Assembly (NCBI GenBank): GCA_963761305.1
Contig: CAVXGK010000001.1
Location: forward strand, 576,001-640,000
DNA: 64,000 nt
From: an uncultured Gemmatimonadaceae bacterium
GTDB lineage: Bacteria > Gemmatimonadota > Gemmatimonadetes > Gemmatimonadales > Gemmatimonadaceae
Direction of reading: 5' to 3'
The position numbers and the translations under genes were made by a program. Positions 9,874 through 19,408 of this stretch are shown piece by piece (positions within the stretch are counted from its first letter, which is position 1; each line of letters starts with the position of its first letter). Below the pieces are notes generated by a model, which made no database searches, was not told the DNA's origin, and was given only the letters and a program-made list of their open reading frames with translations.

Positions 9874-11481
9874 TCAATACCACTGGAAGGCGTTGGCGCT
9901 CAGCGCGAGCTCGATCGTCTCGCGCATCCGAGCATCGTTGAACGTGCCGCCCTTGAGATAGCTCGTGAGCCCCGTCACAGTCGTCGACGGCATCTCGCCG
10001 CCGAAGAAGTTGGTGTTGATCAACTCGATCGCGGCATCGGCCGAGCCGGCGAGGTACGGCGTCGTGTCGAACTTGACGCTCGACGTGGAGGTCTGGGTGG
10101 CCAGCGAAACGCCGTATGTCCACCGCGGGACGATGTTGCCGGCCCAGTACTCGATCTTGTCGGGGTATCCGTCCGGCGTCTCCCACTGGAACAGCGGCTG
10201 GCCGAGGTTGCTGAGCTGGCTGTTGAAGAAGCTCGTCGTGGTCACCGTCGGATTCGCCGCGCGAATCGACGACACGAGATAGTGGAAGGGCCGCTTGTAC
10301 TTCATATCGGCGGTCGGCAGCCACACGTCGTTGAGGATCGCGCGCACCACCGCCTTGATGTCGCCGCCCGTCGCGCGGAAGACAGACGAGATCGCGGCGA
10401 TCTGCGCGTCCGTCGGCGTTTCGCTGATGAACCACTTGAGCAGCTTCGTCGAGATGAACGTCGCCGTGCTGGGGTGCGCGGCGAGGAAGTTCATCATCGT
10501 CTCGCCTTCCTTGATGCCGGCCTGCCCAAGCGAGGGCGAGCCGGCGGGAATCGTCACGCCGAGCACCGTCTTCTGGCCCCAATCGTGAATCGCCGGATTG
10601 AAGACGAAGTCTCCCTTCCCCGTCGTCGTCCAACCGGTGAGCACGCGAGACAGTTCGGCGACGTCGGTCTGCGTGTACGGTCCGTTCACGCTCAGCGTGT
10701 GGAGCTCCATCACCTCGCGCGCGTAGTTCTGGTTCGGCGCGCGGTTGTTGCTCGTGTTCTGGTCCAGGTACGTGCACATTGACGCGCTGTGCGCGCTCGC
10801 CTGAAGCAGATCCACGAACTTGCCCAGCGCATGGGTGCGAATCACGTCGCGCTGGTCGGCGACGAGCAGGTAACCGACCTTGTCGATCGCCTGATTGAAA
10901 TGGTCGGACCAGAACTCGACCATGCGCTGATAGAGCTGCCGCTGCGAGAACGCGGCGCGGTAGATCGTCGACTCGATGAGCTGATTCTGCACCGTGCCGG
11001 CGTCCGCGCTGAACAGGACGTCGGACGTCTGATTCGTCAGCGGATACCGCGTGGCGACGGCGGCTTCGAGCGCGCTGTCGTCGATGCGCTGATAGTTGAG
11101 CTGATAGTTCAGATAGCCCTGCCAGCCCATCGCGTTCGCGCGCTGCACTTCACCCGGCGTGATGCCGAGCGTGACGCGACGCACGAGGCGCGAAGTCGGG
11201 CTATCCCATTCGGTGAACGCGGAGAAGCTTTCCCGAGGAAGCACCTCGGCGAAGCCGTTCGACGGCCGCGTGTCGACGGGCCGCTTGGCCGGCTGGCGCG
11301 CTTGCGCTTTCGCGCGTTTGGGCAGGAGCGCCGCCGCGGCCAGCGCGCCGAAGAACACGAACGACCGCCGCGAGCGCGGCTCGCTGGTCGGTTCGGTGTC
11401 TTCCTGTGCAGCTTCCGTCAGCTGTGGGTCCGGAGCTTCCAGTTCAGGGGCCACGGACGTATCCGGGATCATCGTTCGCAT
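9874..11481 (-). CDS. DUF1800 family protein
   Basis: MVEFWSDHF, YLDQ..PNQNYAREVMELHTL, LTGW; typical pairing with DUF1501. Confidence 0.88.
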   Translation of the reverse strand: MRTMIPDTSVAPELEAPDPQLTEAAQEDTEPTSEPRSRRSFVFFGALAAAALLPKRAKAQARQPAKRPVDTRPSNGFAEVLPRESFSAFTEWDSPTSRLVRRVTLGITPGEVQRANAMGWQGYLNYQLNYQRIDDSALEAAVATRYPLTNQTSDVLFSADAGTVQNQLIESTIYRAAFSQRQLYQRMVEFWSDHFNQAIDKVGYLLVADQRDVIRTHALGKFVDLLQASAHSASMCTYLDQNTSNNRAPNQNYAREVMELHTLSVNGPYTQTDVAELSRVLTGWTTTGKGDFVFNPAIHDWGQKTVLGVTIPAGSPSLGQAGIKEGETMMNFLAAHPSTATFISTKLLKWFISETPTDAQIAAISSVFRATGGDIKAVVRAILNDVWLPTADMKYKRPFHYLVSSIRAANPTVTTTSFFNSQLSNLGQPLFQWETPDGYPDKIEYWAGNIVPRWTYGVSLATQTSTSSVKFDTTPYLAGSADAAIELINTNFFGGEMPSTTVTGLTSYLKGGTFNDARMRETIELALSANAFQWY

Positions 11482-11792
11482 GCGGAGACCCTCGTCAGCG
11501 AGATCCGAATCAGGGTACGACGAGTACTTGCACCGCTACAGGGGACAGCGCGGAGACGACAACCCGGCCTCGTTCCGCGACGACACGCGACATCCTTCGT
11601 TGAGACGAAGTGCGTGAAGCTTTGTTAAGGAAGATCGACGCGCGCGCTCTCCGATCCTTCCTCGGGGAAGACGATCGTAAAACGCCCGCGTCCCATCCGC
11701 AGAGCCGAGGCCGCCAGACACAAAACTGTTGCGCCTGTTGCATTGCGTTCCATTACCGGCGAACGGCGTCCGGCGTCTGTGGTACTCGCAGC

Positions 11793-12195
11793 CTACGCGG
11801 TTCGGCGAATCTCCAAGCGACCCTTCGGCGACGCGCCGTCGTGAATACAACACTCTCGGACGGATTCGCCTGTGACGCCGGCCACAAGTTCGCCGATCGC
11901 GTGACACACCGACGGATCTGCGCGGACCGCGTCGGAGAGCGGACACGCGTGGCCCTGCAGCGTGAAACCGTCGCCGTCTCGCGCCACGTCCAACTCGGCG
12001 CCGAGACTCGCGAGCAACGCGGCCGCACCGCGCACGCGCGTCTCGAATCCGCGCGCGCCGCTCGCGCCATGGTTGGCCGCCAGGCGTCAGCCGGTGTCGC
12101 GGTATAGCGCATCGAGCTCGCGGCGCGACAGCTGGTAGTTGAGCGTCGAGACGAGCGCTGTCAGCAGACGCCGTAATCGGCCCGACGCGACGAAG
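11793..12195 (-). pseudogene. Decayed HTH transcriptional regulator (C-terminal Cys-containing sensor part only; in-frame TGA at 12087-12089)
   Basis: LLTALVSTL..ELDALYRDTG*RLAA..RVRGAAALLASLGAE..CPLSDAV..VC..ECC; no intact N-terminal HTH or start. Confidence 0.55.
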
Positions 12196-12309
12196 GGTCA
12201 CGCCTCGGCCGCGCCGCCGAGTCCGGATCAACGGACTCGGCGGCGCGGTCTCTTGTGTGAACCAAACCCGAGCCGTATTCTAGGTTCGGCTTTTATTCGG
12301 GTACTGGCG

Positions 12310-12744
12310 TTGAAGAAAGTTTGGCTGGCGACGGACGGACGACCGCACGATTCGGTGCTCGCGATCTTCTCCACCAAGGAGGGCGCGCAGCGCTACTGCG
12401 CCACGCTGGTCGAGCGCTATGCGCTCGGCGAGAGTCTGTCGCTCATGGGACGGCGCCTTGCCGACTCGGCCGACGCGTGGCGGCTCGGACTTGGACCATC
12501 GGTGGCGGAAGCGTCGCTCGACGAGCGAATCGAGTTCCTGCGCGGCGCGTGGGTGGTGAAGGTGGACGAAAGCTGCCGCATGATCGCCTGCGAGTTCAGC
12601 ACGCAACTCAAGCCGACGCAATCGCCGGCGACGTATCGCGTCGGCATTCACCGCGTGTGCCAGGCGCACGGCATGACGCCGCACGCCGCGCTCGACGCCG
12701 CGCGCAAGGCGATGGTCGCGCATCTCGGCCGCACACGCACCTGA
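12310..12744 (+). CDS. Hypothetical protein
   Basis: Open frame with coding-like codon usage; TTG start uncertain. Confidence 0.5.
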   Translation: MKKVWLATDGRPHDSVLAIFSTKEGAQRYCATLVERYALGESLSLMGRRLADSADAWRLGLGPSVAEASLDERIEFLRGAWVVKVDESCRMIACEFSTQLKPTQSPATYRVGIHRVCQAHGMTPHAALDAARKAMVAHLGRTRT

Positions 12745-12929
12745 TCGATCGTCGGTGGCGCAGGCCGCGACGTGACTCGACGCACAGTTCAGCCGCATCC
12801 ATTTGACGCACTCATGGCCGCGCGCAGCGTCGCGAATGTGATCCAGGCTGCTGCGCCGTTCGCCCCTGGACGCCGACGTTGCACGGCAGCGGTCCGAGCA
12901 GTCCCCACCATGGACCTACTCACCCTCCA

Positions 12930-15188
12930 ATGACGAATCCTTTTCGGATCGCGGGTCGACTGCGCTCGATGCCGCTGGTCGTGCTCGCCGTCCTGATCTC
13001 GCGGGCAGCGAGTGCGCAGACAGGTACCGGCATCATCATCGTGCGCGTCACGACGGACAGCATTCCTGTCCCCGGAGCAGCGATCGTAACCGGGGCCGCC
13101 AATGGTGTGACCGATCAATCCGGTCTGGCGGCGTTCAAGGTTCCGATCGGCCGGCATACGTTCCGCGTGACGCCGACCGGATTTCGTCCGGAGAGCCTGG
13201 CGGTGTTCGTCGGAGTGGGGACGACGAAGGTGACTGTCCCCGTGCACCGTGCAGCCGCCGTCAAGGCGGCCGCTCCGCCTGCCGCCGCTGCAGCCCCTGC
13301 CGCCCCTGCCGCCCCTGCCGCCCCTGTCGCTGTCGCCGCCAAGCGGGACGAGCACACGACGTCCGACGTCCCGACGCACATCGAGGTCGCCGACCACGAT
13401 GCGGTCGAAGAGCAACTCGATCGCGCGCCCGGCAACATCGCCGATCTGATCGGCGGATTGGACGGCGTGCGCGTGCAGCCGTTGTCGGCCGGCTCTGGTG
13501 GAGTCGGCATTCGGATTCGCGGCATGCCCGCGCGCTACACCAAGATTCTCTACGACGGCCTGCCGCTGTTGGGCGCCACGCCCGAGGGCCAGGATCCGCT
13601 CCAGCTGTCGGCGCTCGACGTCCAGCGCGTCGAGGTCATCCCCGGCGTCACTTCGGCGCTCTACGGACCGACATCGCTCAGCGGCAGCGTCAACGTGGTG
13701 TCCGCGCCGCCGACGTCTCCGTCGCAAGTGGTCGTCAACGGCACGTCGGGCGAAGCGTCGGACGTGAGCGTCTTTCAAACCGCCACATTCTCGCCGCAAT
13801 TGTCCGCGTCGCTCCTGGCCGGGCGGCACTATCAGAACCCGGGTGATCCGGACGGCGACGGATGGGCCGAGATCGACGGCTACAAGCGAGTCGTCGTTCG
13901 GCCGCGCGTCTACTGGTTGCGGTCGCCGACGAGCTCCTGGTTCATGACCGGCGGCTGGACGTCCGAGAACCGGCGGAGCGGAACGTTCGCCGACGAACGA
14001 CTGCCGGACTTCAATCGATACAGTGATGACGCGGACACGCGTCGCGCGGACGCCGGCACGGTCGGGCGGATTCAGCTCGACACGAACACGCTGGTAACCG
14101 TTCGCGCCTCGATCACGCGAGAGTGGCGGACGCGCTGGTACGGAGACGACCGCGAGCGCGATCGGCGTAACGAGGTCTTCGGCGACGTTTCCATGACGAA
14201 GACGCTCGACGACAATGTCTTGACCGGCGGCGTCGCGATCGACCGAGACCAGTACGCGGCGCTCGACACGCGCGTGGATGGATACCGCTACACGACGCCC
14301 GCGTTGTACGCCGAGCACACATGGACGCCCGATCCGCGGTTCGCGATCACGTCGAGCGCGCGTCTCGATCTACAGAGTGAATTCGGTGACTTCGTCAGCC
14401 CGCGCGTATCGGTCGTCGTGCGTCCGACCGAGGCATGGCAGCTGCGGCTCTCGAGGGCGAACGGCGTGTACGCGCCGACGCCCATCACCGACGAGACCGA
14501 GGCGTTCGGGCTCTCGCACCTCGATCGAACGAATTTCCAGGCGGAGCACGCGCTCGGCTGGTCGTTCGACGTCGATCACACGAACGGTGCGCTCGATCTC
14601 GGCGGTTCCGCGTATCGGACCGTGGTCAACCATCCGCTGATCGTGCGCATACCGCCCGGCTCCGCGGAGGGCTTCCAGCTCGTGAACTCCGACCAGCCCA
14701 CGCGCACAGAAGGCATCGATGTGTATGCGCGATACCGCCTGCAGCCGTTTCGGTTCACGGCCGCGTACTCGTACATCGATGCGAACCGGCCGGAGATCGC
14801 GGGAATTTTTGGAGACGACTTCGAGGTCGACACGACGCTGACGCGCACGGTGCCGTACAACCCGCGGCACGCGGTCAACCTCGACGCGACGTATGAGCGC
14901 GAACATGACCGGGTCGTCGGAATCGCGGTGCACTTTGTCGGCCGCCAGGTGCTCGCCGACTCGTCGTTCGGGGTCAGCCAGCCGTACGTGACGATCGACG
15001 CGCGCGTCGAAAAGAACGTGCGCAGAGCGATCATCTTCGCGACCGTCAAGGATTTGACGGGCGTGTATCAGTTGCAGTTCGGTCCCGTGCTGCGGAGCGC
15101 GTCGGGCGCCGCGGGACAGTGGGCCGACAACGCGTGGGCCCCGCTCGAGGGGCGCGTGATCAACGCCGGCATTCGAGTGTCGTACTGA
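12930..15188 (+). CDS. TonB-dependent receptor with N-terminal carboxypeptidase-regulatory-like domain
   Basis: Signal peptide, PAA linker, plug IRIRGMPARYTKILYDGLP..RVEVIPG..SALYG, C-terminal INAGIRVSY. Confidence 0.9.
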   Translation: MTNPFRIAGRLRSMPLVVLAVLISRAASAQTGTGIIIVRVTTDSIPVPGAAIVTGAANGVTDQSGLAAFKVPIGRHTFRVTPTGFRPESLAVFVGVGTTKVTVPVHRAAAVKAAAPPAAAAAPAAPAAPAAPVAVAAKRDEHTTSDVPTHIEVADHDAVEEQLDRAPGNIADLIGGLDGVRVQPLSAGSGGVGIRIRGMPARYTKILYDGLPLLGATPEGQDPLQLSALDVQRVEVIPGVTSALYGPTSLSGSVNVVSAPPTSPSQVVVNGTSGEASDVSVFQTATFSPQLSASLLAGRHYQNPGDPDGDGWAEIDGYKRVVVRPRVYWLRSPTSSWFMTGGWTSENRRSGTFADERLPDFNRYSDDADTRRADAGTVGRIQLDTNTLVTVRASITREWRTRWYGDDRERDRRNEVFGDVSMTKTLDDNVLTGGVAIDRDQYAALDTRVDGYRYTTPALYAEHTWTPDPRFAITSSARLDLQSEFGDFVSPRVSVVVRPTEAWQLRLSRANGVYAPTPITDETEAFGLSHLDRTNFQAEHALGWSFDVDHTNGALDLGGSAYRTVVNHPLIVRIPPGSAEGFQLVNSDQPTRTEGIDVYARYRLQPFRFTAAYSYIDANRPEIAGIFGDDFEVDTTLTRTVPYNPRHAVNLDATYEREHDRVVGIAVHFVGRQVLADSSFGVSQPYVTIDARVEKNVRRAIIFATVKDLTGVYQLQFGPVLRSASGAAGQWADNAWAPLEGRVINAGIRVSY

Positions 15189-15202
15189 CGCGACGCCGCG
15201 CG

Positions 15203-16966
15203 TCAGGGCGGGAGGACGCGCGGCTGGATTCTCCGTTCCCACGGCGTGGCGCTCGACGGCACCACATTCTGCTGCGGCTGCGTGGGCACGACGTACGGAT
15301 CGGCGGCGAGCGGGTTTACCGTGTAGCCGAGATCGGCGAGACTGCCGACGGTGATCGCGCTGAACGGCATTCCACCGAAGTTCACGAAGCCGGTCATCAG
15401 CTCCGATCCGAAGGTCGATTCTCGCCAGTGCGAGTCGGCGGTGCCCGGGACCCCGTCGTTTTCGACGGGCACCGTGTTCGCGCAAACGGCCGCACCGCCG
15501 TCGCCGACGCAACCGGTCCGCGCCTGAACGCCGCCGAACGCCGAGTTCAGCGTGCCGCCGGCCAGCAATAGGCCTTTCAGATCCCAGATCGTGCCGAATC
15601 CCACGCTGTGCAGCATCTCGTGGGTGATCACGTCCTGGAGAATTCCCTTCGCGTCTATGCTCGCCAGGTCGTCGGAGTCGAAGAGCATGACGGCGACCGA
15701 CGGAAAGAATCCTCCGCCGTTGCGCAGCATGCATGGACCGGATTCGGCGAGGATGCCGCTGGGCCCGTCGATCGATTGCACGGACGCGTAAATGACGATG
15801 CTGTGAATCGTCTCGTCGAGCGTGGGCAATCCGCTGACGCCGCACGCGGCCGACACGGGCAGCCCACTATAGCTGACGTCGGGAATCGACCCGACGATGA
15901 CCGCGCTGATCCGAGCCGCGGCGTTGGTGAACAACGCTTTTTGCGCGTCGGTCATGTCCGGACCGAAGAAGCGAACGTCGATGTGGAAGTCGGTCTGCAC
16001 GACCGCGGTGACGTCTGCGCTCAGCGTCGCCGACGTCGCGTGGACGACCTGCGGCAGCGCGGTGCGGCCGAGCGTCCAGCCGGAGAGGACGACGATTCCG
16101 GTCGCGTCGCTCACCGCAGTCGTCGTGGCCAGCGATCCGCCGCCGCCGGTCACCCAGAGTGAAATCGACTGCATGCCGACGGAGTTTCCAAACTTGTCCG
16201 ACAGCCGCAAGCGCACCGGCGGCAGCATGGCCCCCGCGAGCGCCGATGCCGTCGTCGTGTCAGCGGGTGTGAGACGCGCCGGATCGCCGGGCAGCACGTT
16301 GGCGATGAACGAGAGCGACGCGGCGCCGGAACGAAGCGTGAGCGCGCTCTGGCCGGCGACCGTGCCGAGGGTCCATCCCGTGATCGTGACCGCGCCCGTG
16401 CTGTCGGCCGTCGCGGTCGCGGGTGCGGAGCCCGCCGTAGTTGTGAGTGCGATCGCCGCACCGGCGAGCGGATTGTCGAACGCGTCGGTCACGCGCGCGC
16501 TGACCGGAGTCGCCACCACCTCGGCGACACGTCCGCTCACAGTGATCGGTGTGATCGGCAGAAAATGCGCCGCCGCGCCGGCGAGGCCGGTTGCCGAAAT
16601 CGTGAGCGGCGCGACGCCGGACACGGATACGGTGATCGTGTTGGCACCGGCGTGCGGCCCGAGGGTCCATTCACCGATGGTCGTCGACGGGCTCGAGGTT
16701 CGTCCCGGCGTGTTGGCGAGCTTTCCTCCGCCCAACCCGATGCTGACCGTGAACTTGACGTCGGGAATCGCCGCGCCGTTTGCGTCGAACACCACGAACT
16801 GCGGCGCCGCGGCGAGCGTCGTGCCCGCGGGGGCGGCTTGGGCATCGCCCGAAACGAGACGGATTCCGGCCGGCTTGACCGCGGGACCGGTGGAGTCGTG
16901 ACACGCGGCGGACCACGCGGCGAGCAGCGCGACGGCGACGGCGCGCGACCTACGAACGAACTTCAC
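15203..16966 (-). CDS. Lipoprotein with Ig-like repeats and leishmanolysin-like (M8) zinc metalloprotease domain
   Basis: Lipobox SAAC, repeated WTLG Ig-like units, HEMLHSVGF, SHWRE..FGSELMT. Confidence 0.82.
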   Translation of the reverse strand: MKFVRRSRAVAVALLAAWSAACHDSTGPAVKPAGIRLVSGDAQAAPAGTTLAAAPQFVVFDANGAAIPDVKFTVSIGLGGGKLANTPGRTSSPSTTIGEWTLGPHAGANTITVSVSGVAPLTISATGLAGAAAHFLPITPITVSGRVAEVVATPVSARVTDAFDNPLAGAAIALTTTAGSAPATATADSTGAVTITGWTLGTVAGQSALTLRSGAASLSFIANVLPGDPARLTPADTTTASALAGAMLPPVRLRLSDKFGNSVGMQSISLWVTGGGGSLATTTAVSDATGIVVLSGWTLGRTALPQVVHATSATLSADVTAVVQTDFHIDVRFFGPDMTDAQKALFTNAAARISAVIVGSIPDVSYSGLPVSAACGVSGLPTLDETIHSIVIYASVQSIDGPSGILAESGPCMLRNGGGFFPSVAVMLFDSDDLASIDAKGILQDVITHEMLHSVGFGTIWDLKGLLLAGGTLNSAFGGVQARTGCVGDGGAAVCANTVPVENDGVPGTADSHWRESTFGSELMTGFVNFGGMPFSAITVGSLADLGYTVNPLAADPYVVPTQPQQNVVPSSATPWERRIQPRVLPP

Positions 16967-17006
16967 GCAAAGACCTCGAGAGACGACTGGAGTGGCGACG
17001 CTGGAT

Positions 17007-17816
17007 TTACGACGACCGCGATGGCTCTTGGGCAAGGCCTCGCAGCGTCTCCTCGAGGCTCCGCAACCGTTCCCTGCTCACCGGCACGCGTTCACCCGTC
17101 GAGAGCAGCGCCGAGAATGAGTACGGCGACTCGGGGCGCAGTTCGCGAATGAGATCGACGCGCACGATGGCCGAGCGATGCGCCCGACGAAACCTGGCGG
17201 GATCGAGCACCGATTCGAGTCGCGACAGACGATCGCGGAGAAGTCGCACGCGGCCGTTCGCATGTACGCGCACATAGTACGTGTCGCCCTCGAACCACTC
17301 GACCTCCTCGATCGGAACCACGACTCGTTTTCCCCGCTCGGGGATTACGACGTATCGAAGATAGGCTGCGGAGTCGACCGGTGCGTCGTCGGAGCGGTCG
17401 AGCTCGCCTCGATGCGCGCGTTTTTCGGCGATGCGCCGAGCCGCCCGTTCGACCGCGGCTCGCAACCGGTCGTCGCTCACGGGCTTCACGAGGAAATCGG
17501 TAGCCTCGGTCTCGAAGGCGCGCACGGCATATTCATCGTATGCCGTCACGAAGACCACGGCGGGCGGCGTCGCTTCGGGCTCCAGCTGCTCGAGCATCGC
17601 GAAGCCGTCGAGCACGGGCATCGAGATGTCGAGAAAGAGGAGGTCTGGACAGTCGCGCCGAATGCCGTCGAGCGCCACGACGCCGTTCGCGTAGCGAGCG
17701 ACGACGTCGACCGAAGCGTCGAGGCGCGCGAGCGCGGCGGCGAGTCCTTCGCGAGCCAGCGGCTCGTCGTCGACGATGGCGGCGCGAAGTCGCGGGTCGG
17801 GGCGCATTGTCGTCAC
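17007..17816 (-). CDS. LytTR-family response regulator
   Basis: IVDDEPLAR, FLDISMP, FVTAYDEYA, FRRAHRSAIV, VPVSR. Confidence 0.92.
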   Translation of the reverse strand: MTTMRPDPRLRAAIVDDEPLAREGLAAALARLDASVDVVARYANGVVALDGIRRDCPDLLFLDISMPVLDGFAMLEQLEPEATPPAVVFVTAYDEYAVRAFETEATDFLVKPVSDDRLRAAVERAARRIAEKRAHRGELDRSDDAPVDSAAYLRYVVIPERGKRVVVPIEEVEWFEGDTYYVRVHANGRVRLLRDRLSRLESVLDPARFRRAHRSAIVRVDLIRELRPESPYSFSALLSTGERVPVSRERLRSLEETLRGLAQEPSRSS

Positions 17817-19267
17817 GCGGACTTCGCCATTTCCGCGATCGGCAGCCGCAGCACGACGCGCGTCCCCGAGTCCGGGGCGGAACGTGCTTCGATGCTTAGC
17901 GACGCGCGGTCGCCGAAGAGTCGCACGAGGCGCTCGCGCGTAGTCGTCAAGCCGACACCGCCGCGGAGACCCTGGGTTCCGGGCGCGGGTCCATCGTTCT
18001 CGACGATCACGCGAAGTGAATCCTCGTCGCGGAGCGCTGTCACTCTCACCATACCCCCCTCCAGCATGCGCGCGATTCCGTGCTCGACCGCGTTCTCGAC
18101 GATCGGCTGGAGCACGAGTTGCGGAACCGCGAGCGACTCGACCTCCGGGCCGACGTGCACGTCCGCTCGCAGCCGATCGCCGAAGCGCGCCTGCTGAACG
18201 GAGAGATAACGGCGAACGAAGTCCAACTCCTCTGACAATGGCACCGTGTCACGCCGCTCGTCGAGGACATAGCGCAACAACGACGAAATCCCGCCGAGAA
18301 GGAGGCTCGTGTCGTCGGCACGGCCGGAGCGCGCGAGGACGTCCACGCTGTTCAGCGCGTTGAAGAGAAAGTGCGGGTTCAAGCGCGCCCGCAGCGCCGA
18401 CAGCCGGCTCTCGATCGCCTCGGCGTGCAACGCCGCCTCGCGCTGCGCGGCCGCCCGTCGCTGCCGTTCCACGTCGGACACGTAGCCGAGCGCGAGAATC
18501 GACAAATAGGCCGCCGCGTCGAGCGGCAGATACGCCCCGAATGCCGCGCGCGCCATCTCCGGCCACCCGGGCCGGATGGGAATGAGAAGCATCGCCGTAG
18601 CGACGGTGATGGCCGCCGCGTGCAGCGTACACAGCGCGAGGACGATCGCGACGTGCATGGTGACGGCGGGCACGGTGATGCCGAGTGTGACCTCGTCGTT
18701 CACCGTTCGCGCGCGTTCGCGCAGGATGACCGGCGCGAGCGCCGTCCATCCCACGAGCGTCATCATCTCCCACACCAGCATGACGAATCCCGCGACCGGA
18801 TGTCCGATCGCGAGGAGCGCCGCGCGCACGGGCCACATGCCCGCGGCGGCGAGGGCGACCAGGACCGAGCCGAGAACGGATCGCAGCGAGAGCGGCCGCT
18901 CGTACCACGCCGCCTCCGTCCGCGGGTGCGCGTCGACCAGATGCGCCGAGGCGTCGTCGAGGAAACGTCCGACGAGTTTGCCTCCGCCGCCGCCGATGAG
19001 CGCCGGAATGACGGCGGCCAGCGTCCCCGGAACGAATGCGTGGAGGTGAAACGCATAGAGCAGCGGGAGCCCGACGGCCGAGGCGATTGCTGCGGGCACC
19101 ACCGGCGCGCGCCCGGCGAGAGTCAGCGCGAAGTTCAACAGCATGAGCAGGAGCACGGGCCCCTGCACGTCGCGCGCGCTCGTGTCGGCCCAGGCGACGA
19201 CCAGGCCGCCCGCGACCGCGATGGCGCACCAGAGCAACGTGTCGAGGAGCGATCGCCGCGCCGTCAT
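17813..19267 (-). CDS. LytS-family membrane sensor histidine kinase
   Basis: Multiple TM segments, LNPHFLFNALN, LQPIVENAVEHG, GVGL. Confidence 0.9.
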   Translation of the reverse strand: MTARRSLLDTLLWCAIAVAGGLVVAWADTSARDVQGPVLLLMLLNFALTLAGRAPVVPAAIASAVGLPLLYAFHLHAFVPGTLAAVIPALIGGGGGKLVGRFLDDASAHLVDAHPRTEAAWYERPLSLRSVLGSVLVALAAAGMWPVRAALLAIGHPVAGFVMLVWEMMTLVGWTALAPVILRERARTVNDEVTLGITVPAVTMHVAIVLALCTLHAAAITVATAMLLIPIRPGWPEMARAAFGAYLPLDAAAYLSILALGYVSDVERQRRAAAQREAALHAEAIESRLSALRARLNPHFLFNALNSVDVLARSGRADDTSLLLGGISSLLRYVLDERRDTVPLSEELDFVRRYLSVQQARFGDRLRADVHVGPEVESLAVPQLVLQPIVENAVEHGIARMLEGGMVRVTALRDEDSLRVIVENDGPAPGTQGLRGGVGLTTTRERLVRLFGDRASLSIEARSAPDSGTRVVLRLPIAEMAKSA

Positions 19268-19307
19268 GCTCGGAGCGTAGCGCGCGCGCACGCCGCCGAC
19301 AGGGTGC

Positions 19308-19340
19308 GTGCGACGAACGCCCATGGCGGTGCAACGAACG
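19308..19340 (-). promoter_or_regulatory. Putative LytTR-binding direct repeat
   Basis: CGTTCGTTGCAC / CGTTCGTCGCAC (minus strand), 21-bp period, upstream of the kinase TACGCT -10. Confidence 0.6.
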
Positions 19341-19354
19341 GCCGTCCCGCGCGG

Positions 19355-19408
19355 CTACAAGAGCGCGCCGCGCTACAAGAGCGTGCCGCGCTACAAGAGC
19401 GTGCCGCG
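19355..19408. repeat. 3 x 18-bp tandem repeat of the mgtE 3' end
   Basis: ctacaagagcgYgccgcg x3; each unit reads R-G-T/A-L-L-stop on the minus strand. Confidence 0.9.

Noticed and set aside
12087..12089. Second in-frame TGA as possible selenocysteine
   Set aside because: Context suggests an Arg position (G-R-R-L-A), there is no SECIS-like hairpin at +11, and the gene is also truncated.
13290..13330. gcccctgcc 9-bp repeats
   Set aside because: Encodes a Pro/Ala linker within the TonB-dependent receptor.
19355..19408. Possible mini CRISPR array
   Set aside because: Units are contiguous with no spacers and copy the mgtE 3' end; no cas genes.
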